DNA of 64,000 nucleotides from an uncultured Gammaproteobacteria bacterium (GTDB lineage Bacteria; Pseudomonadota; Gammaproteobacteria; UBA6002): NCBI GenBank assembly GCA_963817645.1, contig CAWFQC010000014.1, positions 77,228 to 141,227 of the forward strand, read 5' to 3'. Shown piece by piece: positions 40,313 to 48,924 of this stretch (position 1 is its first letter; each line of letters starts with the position of its first letter). The notes under the pieces were generated by a model. It saw only the letters and a program-made list of their open reading frames with translations, ran no database searches and was not told where the DNA came from. The position numbers and the translations under genes were made by a program.

Positions 40313-43028
40313 ATGATCAGTCAGTTATTGAGTAAGCTTTTGGGCACTCGCAATCAGCGTCAAGTAAAACGTATAACAAAAATAGTGGCGCAGATTAACC
40401 AATTAGAGCCACAATTTTCTGCGCTCTCTGATGATCAATTGCTCAAAAAAACAGATGAGTTTAGAGAACGTTACCAAAAGGGAGAAAGCTTGAATCAGCT
40501 TCTTCCAGAAGCTTTTGCCGCTGTCAGAGAAGCCAGCAAACGGACTCTAAAAATGCGTCAATTTGATGTTCAATTGATTGGTGGCATTGTATTGCACGAA
40601 GGCAAAATTTCAGAAATGGGAACAGGAGAAGGTAAAACCTTAGCCGAAACCCTCCCCGCTTACCTTAATGCTTTAACTGGCAAAGGAGTGCATATCGTTA
40701 CAGTTAATGATTACTTGGTTAAACGTGACGCAGAATGGATGGGACCTATCTATCGTTTTTTAGGATTAGAGGTTGGGGTTAATCTTACAAATATGTCCTA
40801 TGAGGAAAAGAAGAAAGCTTATAACGCTGATATAACCTACGGGACAAATAATGAGTTCGGTTTTGATTATTTACGAGATAATATGGCTTTTAGTCTTAGA
40901 AACCCGGGTGCAACGAGAACTAAGTTATGCCATTGTCGATGAGGTAGACTCTATCTTAATTGATGAGGCAAGAACGCCCTTAATTATCTCAGGTCCCGCA
41001 GAGGAAAGTTCTGAACTGTATATTCGAATTAATTCATTAATCCCTTCTCTTAAAAAACAAGAGGAGAAGGAAGGTCCTGGCGATTTTTCTGTAGATGAAA
41101 AGCTTAAACAAATTTATCTGACTGAAGAAGGCCATCAGTACGTTGAGAAAATTTTTTCCGAAGCTCAATTACTGAAGGCTGGCGAGAGTCTTTATAGTGC
41201 CAATAATGTTATGCTGCTTCACCATTTAAATGCGGCCTTAAGAGCCAATGTCCTTTATCATCGGGATGTTGAGTATATTGTTAAAGATGGCAAGGTCATC
41301 ATTGTTGACGAGCATACCGGGCGTCTTATGGCTGGTAGGCGTTGGTCAGATGGTTTGCATCAAGCTGTTGAAGCCAAAGAAGGTGTCAAGATAGAAAGTG
41401 AGAACCAAACCTTAGCGACAATTACTTTCCAAAATTATTTCCGTCTCTATCAAAAATTAGCTGGCATGACAGGAACTGCAGACACTGAAGCTTACGAATT
41501 TCAACAGATTTACGGGCTTGAGGTTATTGTCATTCCTACCAATCAGCCTGTTATACGTAAGAATGTTAGTGATCAAGTTTATCTAACAAGCAAGAGTAAA
41601 TTTAATTCTATCATAGAAGATATCAAAAAAAGGCATCAAAATGGTCAACCCATTTTGGTTGGAACTGCTTCAATAGAAACCTCAGAATTCCTTTCCTCTA
41701 TATTAAATAAACAAAAAGTACCACACCAAGTGCTTAATGCGAAATATCACGAAAGAGAAGCGAAAATAATTGCTCAAGCAGGTCGGCCTGGCACTGTAAC
41801 AATTGCGACCAACATGGCAGGTCGCGGTACCGACATTGTTTTGGGAGGTAACCTTGATGCTGAGATCTCAGAATTAATAAATCCAACTCAAGAACAAATG
41901 GCTATTATTAAAGCTAACTGGCAAAAACGCCATGAAGAAGTTTTGGCCGCAGGTGGATTACATGTTCTTGGTACAGAAAGACATGAATCGCGTCGAATTG
42001 ATAATCAGCTACGAGGACGCTCTGGACGACAAGGTGATCCAGGTTCATCTCAATTTTATTTGTCGCTTGAGGATAACCTTATGCGAATCTTTGCCCCAGA
42101 ACGATTTGCCACAGTAATGCGTAGGCTAGGGATGGAAGAAGATCAGCCAATTGAATCAGGACTTGTTTCCAGGGCAATTGAAAATGCTGAACGAAAAGTG
42201 GAAGGTCATAATTTTGATATTAGAAAGCAGTTGCTACAATATGACGATGTTGCAAATGACCAACGTAAAGTTATTTATCATCAACGCTATGAGTTAATGG
42301 CTGCTGAAAATATTTATGAGACTATTTTGGCCATTTCTAAAGATGCTATTCAAAGCGCGATCAATAATTATATTCCCCGACAAAGTTTAGAAGAACAATG
42401 GGATATTTCTGGCTTGGAGCAAAACTTAGTTACAGATTTTGGTTGTAAACTACCCATAAAAGACTGGTTAGAGAAAGAAGAAGGTTTATATGAAGAGACA
42501 CTCAGAGAAAGGATTGTTCAAGGAGTTCTCAAGATGTATAAGCATAAAGAAGAACATTTAGGCCCCTTAGTATTGAGGCAACTTGAAAAATCAGTCATGT
42601 TGCAATCGCTTGATACGCATTGGAAAGAGCATTTAGCTGCAATGGATCATCTGAGGCAAGGTATTCATTTACGTGGCTACGCGCAAAAAAACCCAACTCA
42701 AGAATATAAGCGTGAGTGTTTTGAGATGTTTAGCCAGATGCTAGAGAGTATTAAATATGATGTTATTAGCACACTTTGTACCATCAATATACAAAGTGAG
42801 CATGAAGCCAGGGCTGTTGAAGAGCTTCGTAAGCAGCAATCAAAATTAGAGAATGTAGAGTTTAACCATTCATTAATGACGGCAGGTTTGCTGGCAGATA
42901 GTAATGATGGCTCAGAGCTAGAACTTGTGGAAACCTATACCCGTACTTCCCCAAAGGTGGGACGCAATGAGCCTTGCCCTTGTGGTTCTGGTCGTAAATA
43001 TAAACAATGTCATGGACAAATCAGTTAG
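40313..43028 (+). CDS. secA: Preprotein translocase ATPase SecA, interrupted by a +1 frameshift in this assembly
   Basis: Frame A (40313-) carries MGTGEGKTL...[16 protein letters not shown] and then stops at 40940-40942. Frame B continues [33 protein letters not shown]...[10 protein letters not shown]...[14 protein letters not shown] to 43028. The junction is at about 40895-40898 (agt ctt a gaa). Confidence 0.9.
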
Positions 43029-43983
43029 TGGTTCTGTAATAAATGAAATTCAGGTGGCTGTTGGTATTGTTGCTAACGGTCAAGGCCAGCTTTTGATTGC
43101 AAAACGCCCTGAACATTGGCTGGGAGGTGGTTTTTGGGAATTTCCCGGGGGCAAGATAGAGAAAAATGAAGATTCGTTTACCGCCCTGAGGCGAGAATTG
43201 CTTGAGGAGGTTGGGATAATTGCTGACCAGTGTACTCCTCTCATTAAGCTATCCTATACCTACCCTGAAAGAAGAGTCATCCTTCATGCATGGAGAGTAC
43301 AATCATATTTTGGGAAAGCTTGTGGGTTGGAGGGTCAAGAAATATGCTGGTGCTATCCTCATTCCCTTAATAATATTAATATGCTACCAGCAAACCGTGC
43401 CATTGTCGTGGCTGTTCAATTACCTGAAACCTATTTGATTACTCCCGACTGTCTGAATGAGGATTATTTTTTAAATCATCTAGAGAGTCTCCTGCAAAAA
43501 AAAACAATTCGAATGATGCAGCTAAGATCTAAAAATCTTTTACAAGATGACTACATTAATTTAGCGAGAAAAGTAATTGCATTATGTCATCAATTTGAAG
43601 CAACATTGCTGTTGAATACAGAGAATATAGGGCTTGTTGATGATTTGAATGCTGATGGTATTCACCTCCGTACTACTCAACTCCTTAGCTTAAATCAACG
43701 CCCCTTGCCATCCAATAAATGGGTAAGCGCATCTTGCCATAATACCGATGAATTGTTTAAAGCTGAGGAACTTGAGCTCGATTTTGTGACAATAAGCCCT
43801 ATACATCAGAGTTTGAAGTCGCCTGTTTCATTAGGGTGGAAAGGGTTTGATCAGCTTGTATCTACAGCAAATATTCCAGTATTTGCTCAGGGAGGAATGA
43901 CGCAGGAAGATATTGTGACCATTAAAAACCAAGGGGGTCAGGGAATTGCTGCAATAAGGGGGCTCTGGGATTTAGAAACGTGA
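43021..43983 (+). CDS. mutT: Nudix (MutT-type) hydrolase fused to a thiamine-phosphate-synthase/TenI-like domain
   Basis: Nudix box [23 protein letters not shown]. The C-terminal half (MMQLRSK...ADGIHL...ASCH...DFVTISPI...IPVFAQGG) resembles TMP-TENI. The ATG at 43021 overlaps the secA stop. Confidence 0.85.
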   Translation, partial: SVSGSVINEIQVAVGIVANGQGQLLIAKRPEHWLGGGFWEFPGGKIEKNEDSFTALRRELLEEVGIIADQCTPLIKLSYTYPERRVILHAWRVQSYFGKACGLEGQEICWCYPHSLNNINMLPANRAIVVAVQLPETYLITPDCLNEDYFLNHLESLLQKKTIRMMQLRSKNLLQDDYINLARKVIALCHQFEATLLLNTENIGLVDDLNADGIHLRTTQLLSLNQRPLPSNKWVSASCHNTDELFKAEELELDFVTISPIHQSLKSPVSLGWKGFDQLVSTANIPVFAQGGMTQEDIVTIKNQGGQGIAAIRGLWDLET

Positions 43984-44014
43984 CTTAAAGGAACACATGT
44001 TAGTGCTAATCAAA

Positions 44015-44791
44015 TTATAATGAGCAGCAAGTAAGCTTAAATTTAATATTGTATTCACATTGTTTAGGGCGTCCCTGTTCATGGCAGTTTGGTTCCAAAA
44101 ATCTTACCGAGAGTCGATGGCGTCCTACACTAATTTCGGGATAAAGATTAGCTGTTATCGGGAGGGCAACGCGAACCATCTCGCAAGAAAGACTTGGATC
44201 CAAGGCTTGTTGGTAAAACCCTTTATCCGCATATTTCTCAACAGGAAGATTGCTTTGTCGAGTTAATTTCAATAACAGGTTAACTACATTTCTAATTTGT
44301 TCAAACTCTTTAACCCAGGCTTTTAGATCGTGGACACGATTGATAGCCGGTTTTTGTAGCCAAAGCTGAAGGCCCGGGTTGCTAAAATTAACCGCACCGC
44401 CAGGATTATAAAGATGTTGGCGAATGCCATTTAAAAACTCATTGTTTCTTAGTGATTGTCCAATTTTCCCTTGAGTGGCATAAAGCTGATCGATTAAATG
44501 ATCTAACTCACTCAAAACAGACTTTAGTTTGCCAGTATCAACTTGAGGTAATGCTTCAAGCTGTGTCAAAGTCGCCGCATGCTGGGTGAGAGATTTAGTG
44601 AGTTTTGTTTTGAGATCAGGGCGATCAATTACGTTGACAGTTTCAAGTAGCGATAAGATTGCTGTTCGACTAGCCGATTCATCAGTATTTTCAATACTAT
44701 TAGTAATTTGTTGAAACAGGTGTTCTAAGCGCAAACAAACTCGAATGTGCTCATTAAGAGGCTGTTCGTAAATGATGATGTCATCTTGCAT
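44015..44791 (-). CDS. zapD: Cell division protein ZapD
   Basis: IIYEQPLNEHIRVCLRLEHLFQQI is the ZapD (YacF) N-terminal signature. The neighbourhood is secA-mutT...coaE, as in E. coli. Confidence 0.85.
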   Translation of the reverse strand: MQDDIIIYEQPLNEHIRVCLRLEHLFQQITNSIENTDESASRTAILSLLETVNVIDRPDLKTKLTKSLTQHAATLTQLEALPQVDTGKLKSVLSELDHLIDQLYATQGKIGQSLRNNEFLNGIRQHLYNPGGAVNFSNPGLQLWLQKPAINRVHDLKAWVKEFEQIRNVVNLLLKLTRQSNLPVEKYADKGFYQQALDPSLSCEMVRVALPITANLYPEISVGRHRLSVRFLEPNCHEQGRPKQCEYNIKFKLTCCSL

Positions 44792-44890
44792 AAATTTCGT
44801 AACCTGTTACCTTTGATCTTTGGGTTAATCATAACTGATTTTAATAAATCATTCCAAGAAAGTCAGCTTAAGAACATACATGTTCAACTA

Positions 44891-45745
44891 TCAAAATTCT
44901 TCATACAATACTTTTAACACATTTTTAGCCGCAAATTGTTGCTTTTCATTAATATAAATTTCGGCTATAGCTAAATTAGGGTCATGGGTAAAGAAAAGAC
45001 GCCCATTGTGTTTAGCCAAATAATTTAAAAAATGTTTCTTCTCGTCAATGACTAATTCCGGAAAACGATCATACCCCATAGTAATGGGTAAGTGTATCCA
45101 TGCAATTCCCGGGATTAAATCAGCCGCAAATAGGATAGGTCCTTTTGGTGTTTGAATTTCTGTTAAAAGCATTCCAGGTGTATGGCCATTGCTGTAATGG
45201 AAAATGAAATTAGGTCCTAGACTGGATGCTGAGGTATCAATAATCTCAAGCCTGTTAGATGCTAGAAGTTGTTGGTTTAAGGTTGGAATAAAAGAGGCGT
45301 GGTCCCTTTCATGAGGAAAGCATGCTCGCTCCCAAGCTTTTTTTGAAATGATATATCTTGCATTAGGGAACAACAATTTAGGTTGTTGGTTATCAGACCA
45401 TGTTGATAAGAGTCCGCCTGCGTGATCAAAGTGGAGATGGGAGAGAATAACCCAGTCGATATCGGTTTCATCAATTCCAAGGTGCTTAAGTGAAGATAGT
45501 AGAATATGTTCTTTTTCTAGAACTCCATATCTTTCTCGAAGCTTAGGTTCAAAAAAAGCTCCAATTCCTGTTTCTAATAAAATGTTTTGTTTTTCAAATT
45601 GTACCAGCATACATCGGCAGGAAAGTTCAATTCGATTATTTTTATCCGCAGGCAACCACTTTTCCCAAAGTATTTTAGGTGCGTTGCCAAACATTGCGCC
45701 GCCATCTAAGTGTTGGGAGTTTCCAAGTAACGATATTAATTTCAT
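44891..45745 (-). CDS. MBL-fold metallo-hydrolase
   Basis: The HLHFDHAGG (HxHxDH) motif is followed by a later His and Asp (HTPG, AADL). Confidence 0.8.
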   Translation of the reverse strand: MKLISLLGNSQHLDGGAMFGNAPKILWEKWLPADKNNRIELSCRCMLVQFEKQNILLETGIGAFFEPKLRERYGVLEKEHILLSSLKHLGIDETDIDWVILSHLHFDHAGGLLSTWSDNQQPKLLFPNARYIISKKAWERACFPHERDHASFIPTLNQQLLASNRLEIIDTSASSLGPNFIFHYSNGHTPGMLLTEIQTPKGPILFAADLIPGIAWIHLPITMGYDRFPELVIDEKKHFLNYLAKHNGRLFFTHDPNLAIAEIYINEKQQFAAKNVLKVLYEEF

Positions 45746-45776
45746 GATTTTCTATTGTTGAATATTTTTCATTCGG

Positions 45777-45806
45777 AAAAGCAGGTCACCAAGTAACCTG
45801 CTTTTT
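45777..45806 (-). terminator. Candidate intrinsic terminator downstream of the glycine-zipper lipoprotein gene
   Basis: The stem aaaagcaggt / acctgctttt has a 9-nt loop and is U-flanked on both strands. Confidence 0.45.
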
Positions 45807-45849
45807 ATAGGAGAAAACTTAAGTAACTCCAGTAATTTCCTAGTTTACT

Positions 45850-46065
45850 TTAATAATAATTGTGTCGTGCATAATCTCTTCCAATAAGCGCGCCTCCTAC
45901 GGCTCCTGCTACAGTGCCAACAGTGCTGCCTCTGGTTAGAGCGCTACCTGCAACCCCTCCTATGACGCCGCCTGTCACAAGACCTGTATCGCTGCGAGTT
46001 GCACAAGCAACGAGAAGTGAAGGCAGGGATATTGCCGCTACTAAAGCAAAAATAATTTTATTCAT
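45850..46065 (-). CDS. Small glycine-zipper lipoprotein (17-kDa antigen / SlyB-like)
   Basis: Lipobox LLVAC followed by GGVIGGVAGSALTRGSTVGTVAGAVGGALIG. Confidence 0.75.
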   Translation of the reverse strand: MNKIIFALVAAISLPSLLVACATRSDTGLVTGGVIGGVAGSALTRGSTVGTVAGAVGGALIGRDYARHNYY

Positions 46066-46253
46066 TTAATAATTCTCCTCAGTAATAGATAACTAAGCAC
46101 TTAGCTTTATAGGAAGGTGCAGGAAATAACTTGATCATTTAAAAATTTTACCGTCCTCATTGACTCGTCAAGCAAAAAAGGCAACGAGTATATACATTTT
46201 TTGAAGTAAGGACATATAATTTTTTAAACTATTTCCGGTATTAACAGTCCTTG

Positions 46254-46862
46254 TTATTTCATACACGTTCCTAATATAAGGTAAATTTCATGAAGTTTTT
46301 TTACTTCTTCCATTAAGATGGCACAATCTTCATTATTATAAATTAAATCGTCAGCTATTTTTAAACGTTGACAGTGATTTGCTTGCGATTTAATTATTTT
46401 GTGCACATTAATTTCTGAAATTTGATCACGGGCGATAGTCCGTTTAACTTGATTTTCTTCGGAAGTTTCAACGACTAACACTCGATCAACTAAATCATAA
46501 CTTTGCGTTTCAATCAAGAGAGGGATGACAATGATGCAGTAGGATTCTGTCAAGCTTTTGATTTTAAGTGAGATATTTTTTTTTATAAGCGGATGCAATA
46601 AATTTTCCAACCATTCCTTTGAGTCAAGGTCATTAAAAATTATTTCTCTTAATTTTTGTCTGTTAATAGTCTTATCAGGAGAGGTGATGGTTAATCCAAA
46701 TCTTCCGACTATGGCATAATAAGCTGATTTAAAAGGAGCTATAAGATCTCTGGCAATTAGATCTGTATCTATAATAGGAACATTGAGCTTGGCGAACATA
46801 TTTGACACAGTCGTTTTGCCGCTACCAATACCACCTGTTAATCCTACTCTTAGCATAATCAT
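46254..46862 (-). CDS. coaE: Dephospho-CoA kinase
   Basis: VGLTGGIGSGKTTVSNMFAKLNVPIIDTDLIARD. It overlaps the pilD stop. Confidence 0.9.
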   Translation of the reverse strand: MIMLRVGLTGGIGSGKTTVSNMFAKLNVPIIDTDLIARDLIAPFKSAYYAIVGRFGLTITSPDKTINRQKLREIIFNDLDSKEWLENLLHPLIKKNISLKIKSLTESYCIIVIPLLIETQSYDLVDRVLVVETSEENQVKRTIARDQISEINVHKIIKSQANHCQRLKIADDLIYNNEDCAILMEEVKKLHEIYLILGTCMK

Positions 46863-47734
46863 CCGCTGAAAGTTTTTGTCAATAGAAATTGCAAATTGAT
46901 TATTTCATTCCCCCAGAATAAGGTTAGTAATCCGGCCGTTGCAAGAAAAGGGCCGAAAGGTAAATTGGCTGTGAATTTTTGTTTTTTGCTAATTATATAA
47001 ATAATGCCAATAATTGAACCTGTTAGTGATGCAATAAAGACAATGGCAGGTAACAACTGCCACCCAAACCAAGCCCCTAGCATGGCTATGAGTTTAATAT
47101 CACCTTGGCCCAGTCCTTCAATCTTCCTAACCTTTAATATAAGCCAGGCAATTATATAGGAAAACAGATACCCTACCATTGCTCCTAGGACTGCATTATG
47201 CAGGTTGGTGAAGGTTGAAAAATCATTTATCAAAAGACCAAGCCATAGGAGGGGTAAATTAATTTGATCAGGTAAAGTCAGAGTGTTGATATCAATAAAA
47301 AATAATCCAATTAAGGCCCAGGATAAGATCAAACTCCAAATAAGTACAACAGTAGCTCCAAGATGCCAAGCTAGTAGAAATGACAAAGTACCTGTTAAAA
47401 ATTCAACCAGAGGATAACGTCCAGAGATAAGTTGTTGACAACAAGAGGCTTTCCCCTTCAACAGTATATAACTTACTACTGGTATAGTTAACCATGCGGC
47501 AATAGGCTGTCTACAGAATATACAAAAAGAACGTGGCCACCATAGGTTGAATGGGATCTTAGAGCAAACCGGCATAGATGAGGTCTTAAGGAAATGTTCT
47601 CCATTATTATTTTCAATCATAATAGGTAAACGATAGATCACAACATTCAAAAAGCTACCAACTAGAAGGCCAAAAATACCTATGATTAAGCTAAAAATGG
47701 GAGTATTTGTACAGAGGGAACAAGCAATGGCCAT
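46859..47734 (-). CDS. pilD: Prepilin peptidase / N-methyltransferase (A24)
   Basis: Polytopic protein. The Cys-rich cytoplasmic loop (CIFCRQPI...CCQQLI) and GLGQGDIKLIAMLGAWFG match PilD motifs. Confidence 0.9.
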   Translation of the reverse strand: MAIACSLCTNTPIFSLIIGIFGLLVGSFLNVVIYRLPIMIENNNGEHFLKTSSMPVCSKIPFNLWWPRSFCIFCRQPIAAWLTIPVVSYILLKGKASCCQQLISGRYPLVEFLTGTLSFLLAWHLGATVVLIWSLILSWALIGLFFIDINTLTLPDQINLPLLWLGLLINDFSTFTNLHNAVLGAMVGYLFSYIIAWLILKVRKIEGLGQGDIKLIAMLGAWFGWQLLPAIVFIASLTGSIIGIIYIISKKQKFTANLPFGPFLATAGLLTLFWGNEIINLQFLLTKTFSG

Positions 47735-47914
47735 TAAGCATCCTTGAAGTAACTAGCTAATAAATTCTTAAATCTACTCTAAAATAGCCTATACCCAAAC
47801 TTAGTCAACCTTGTATTTATTACTATCTAGTTTTTAAGGGATAGACGTTTAGTCTAAAATAAATTAGAGGTCTCCTTTGCATCAATAAGGAATGTTTTTT
47901 ATACTCGAACGTTT

Positions 47915-47988
<74 letters not shown>

Positions 47989-48189
47989 CTGTAAAATCAA
48001 ATGGTTGCATGATCTTGGTTCTGCTGGAATATAATTGGTGCTACCATTGTGCTACCTTTGAAATTAAGTGGCTTTTCTGGAATTGCCGTGATTAGCTCAT
48101 AAAAAGTACGATCAGTATTGGTAAATATATGTAGATCATGATTTACATAAAACTCATCATCTGGTGTGACCTAACTCTTATGTTAATCA

Positions 48190-48377
48190 TGATGTATTGG
48201 GAGTCCAAATTGATTAGATGATGAACAGTCACAACTTTCCCAATACTGCATTCTAAGTTAACTCGAGAAGAATTGATTGAATTTGTATCTAGTCTTCAAC
48301 CTTGTATAATAGCAATTGAAACCTGTGGAGAGGCTCATTATTGGACAAGGCTTTGCTGGAATACTGCCCTTCCCTAG
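48190..48377 (+). pseudogene. Remnant of the N-terminus of an IS110-family (DEDD) transposase
   Basis: Own translation gives ...VLGVQID* and then, in another frame, HSKLTREELIEFVSSLQPCIIAIETCGEAHYWTRL followed by a stop. This matches the IS110 N-terminal pattern (GiD..K ... L..f...l.p..v.mEatG.yh). The catalytic C-terminal part is absent. Confidence 0.55.
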
Positions 48378-48576
48378 TAATTCCTTCAGAACTGTTGAGA
48401 AACAATTTGATTTTAATAAGTGTTTAAGGTAAGGTAGAGAATCTATTCATAATCCTATATCACGCTTTTGACATTTAACAATGGAATGCTCATGGAAAAC
48501 TTGTCAATTCATATCATGCTATATGTCGTGATTTCGTTTTAAACGTCAAATTGTATCAGTTATCTTAAAATTATTT

Positions 48577-48875
48577 GAGTGCGGCTGAATTGAAACGACG
48601 CCTAACCATCATAAATTCAATATGTTAGAGAATTTCATAGTCAAAGTATGCTGAGTTTGCAAAGTATCCGTCAATTCATAAAATCTCTGCTCTGCTTCTT
48701 TGAAAATATGAGGTGAGTGAAATGATTATTCCCATAGTAATTGACCTGTCCTTTTATAGAGGTAACATTTTTTGTACAGGTAATGTATAGAAAAATAAGA
48801 ATATTTTGAAGGATTAAGTGCATTAATCATGTTGAATTTATGATGGTTAGGTGCCGTTTCAATTCAGCCGCACCC
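48577..48875. mobile_element. MITE with 42-bp terminal inverted repeats and a 9-bp direct duplication
   Basis: IR-L at 48579-48620 is gtgcggctgaattgaaacgacgcctaaccatcataaattcaa. The reverse complement of IR-R (48832-48873) is gtgcggctgaattgaaacggcacctaaccatcataaattcaa, with 2 mismatches. The flanking direct repeat aaattattt lies at 48568-48576 and 48876-48884. Confidence 0.8.
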
Positions 48876-48924
48876 AAATTATTTCTGCAATTTGACCTAA
48901 TTGAAGAAAACAGAAGGAGAAAAT

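Noticed and set aside
45777-45806. Interpreting the hairpin as a plus-strand terminator
   Set aside because: No plus-strand gene reads into it, because both flanking genes are on the minus strand. It is retained only as a modest-confidence minus-strand terminator.
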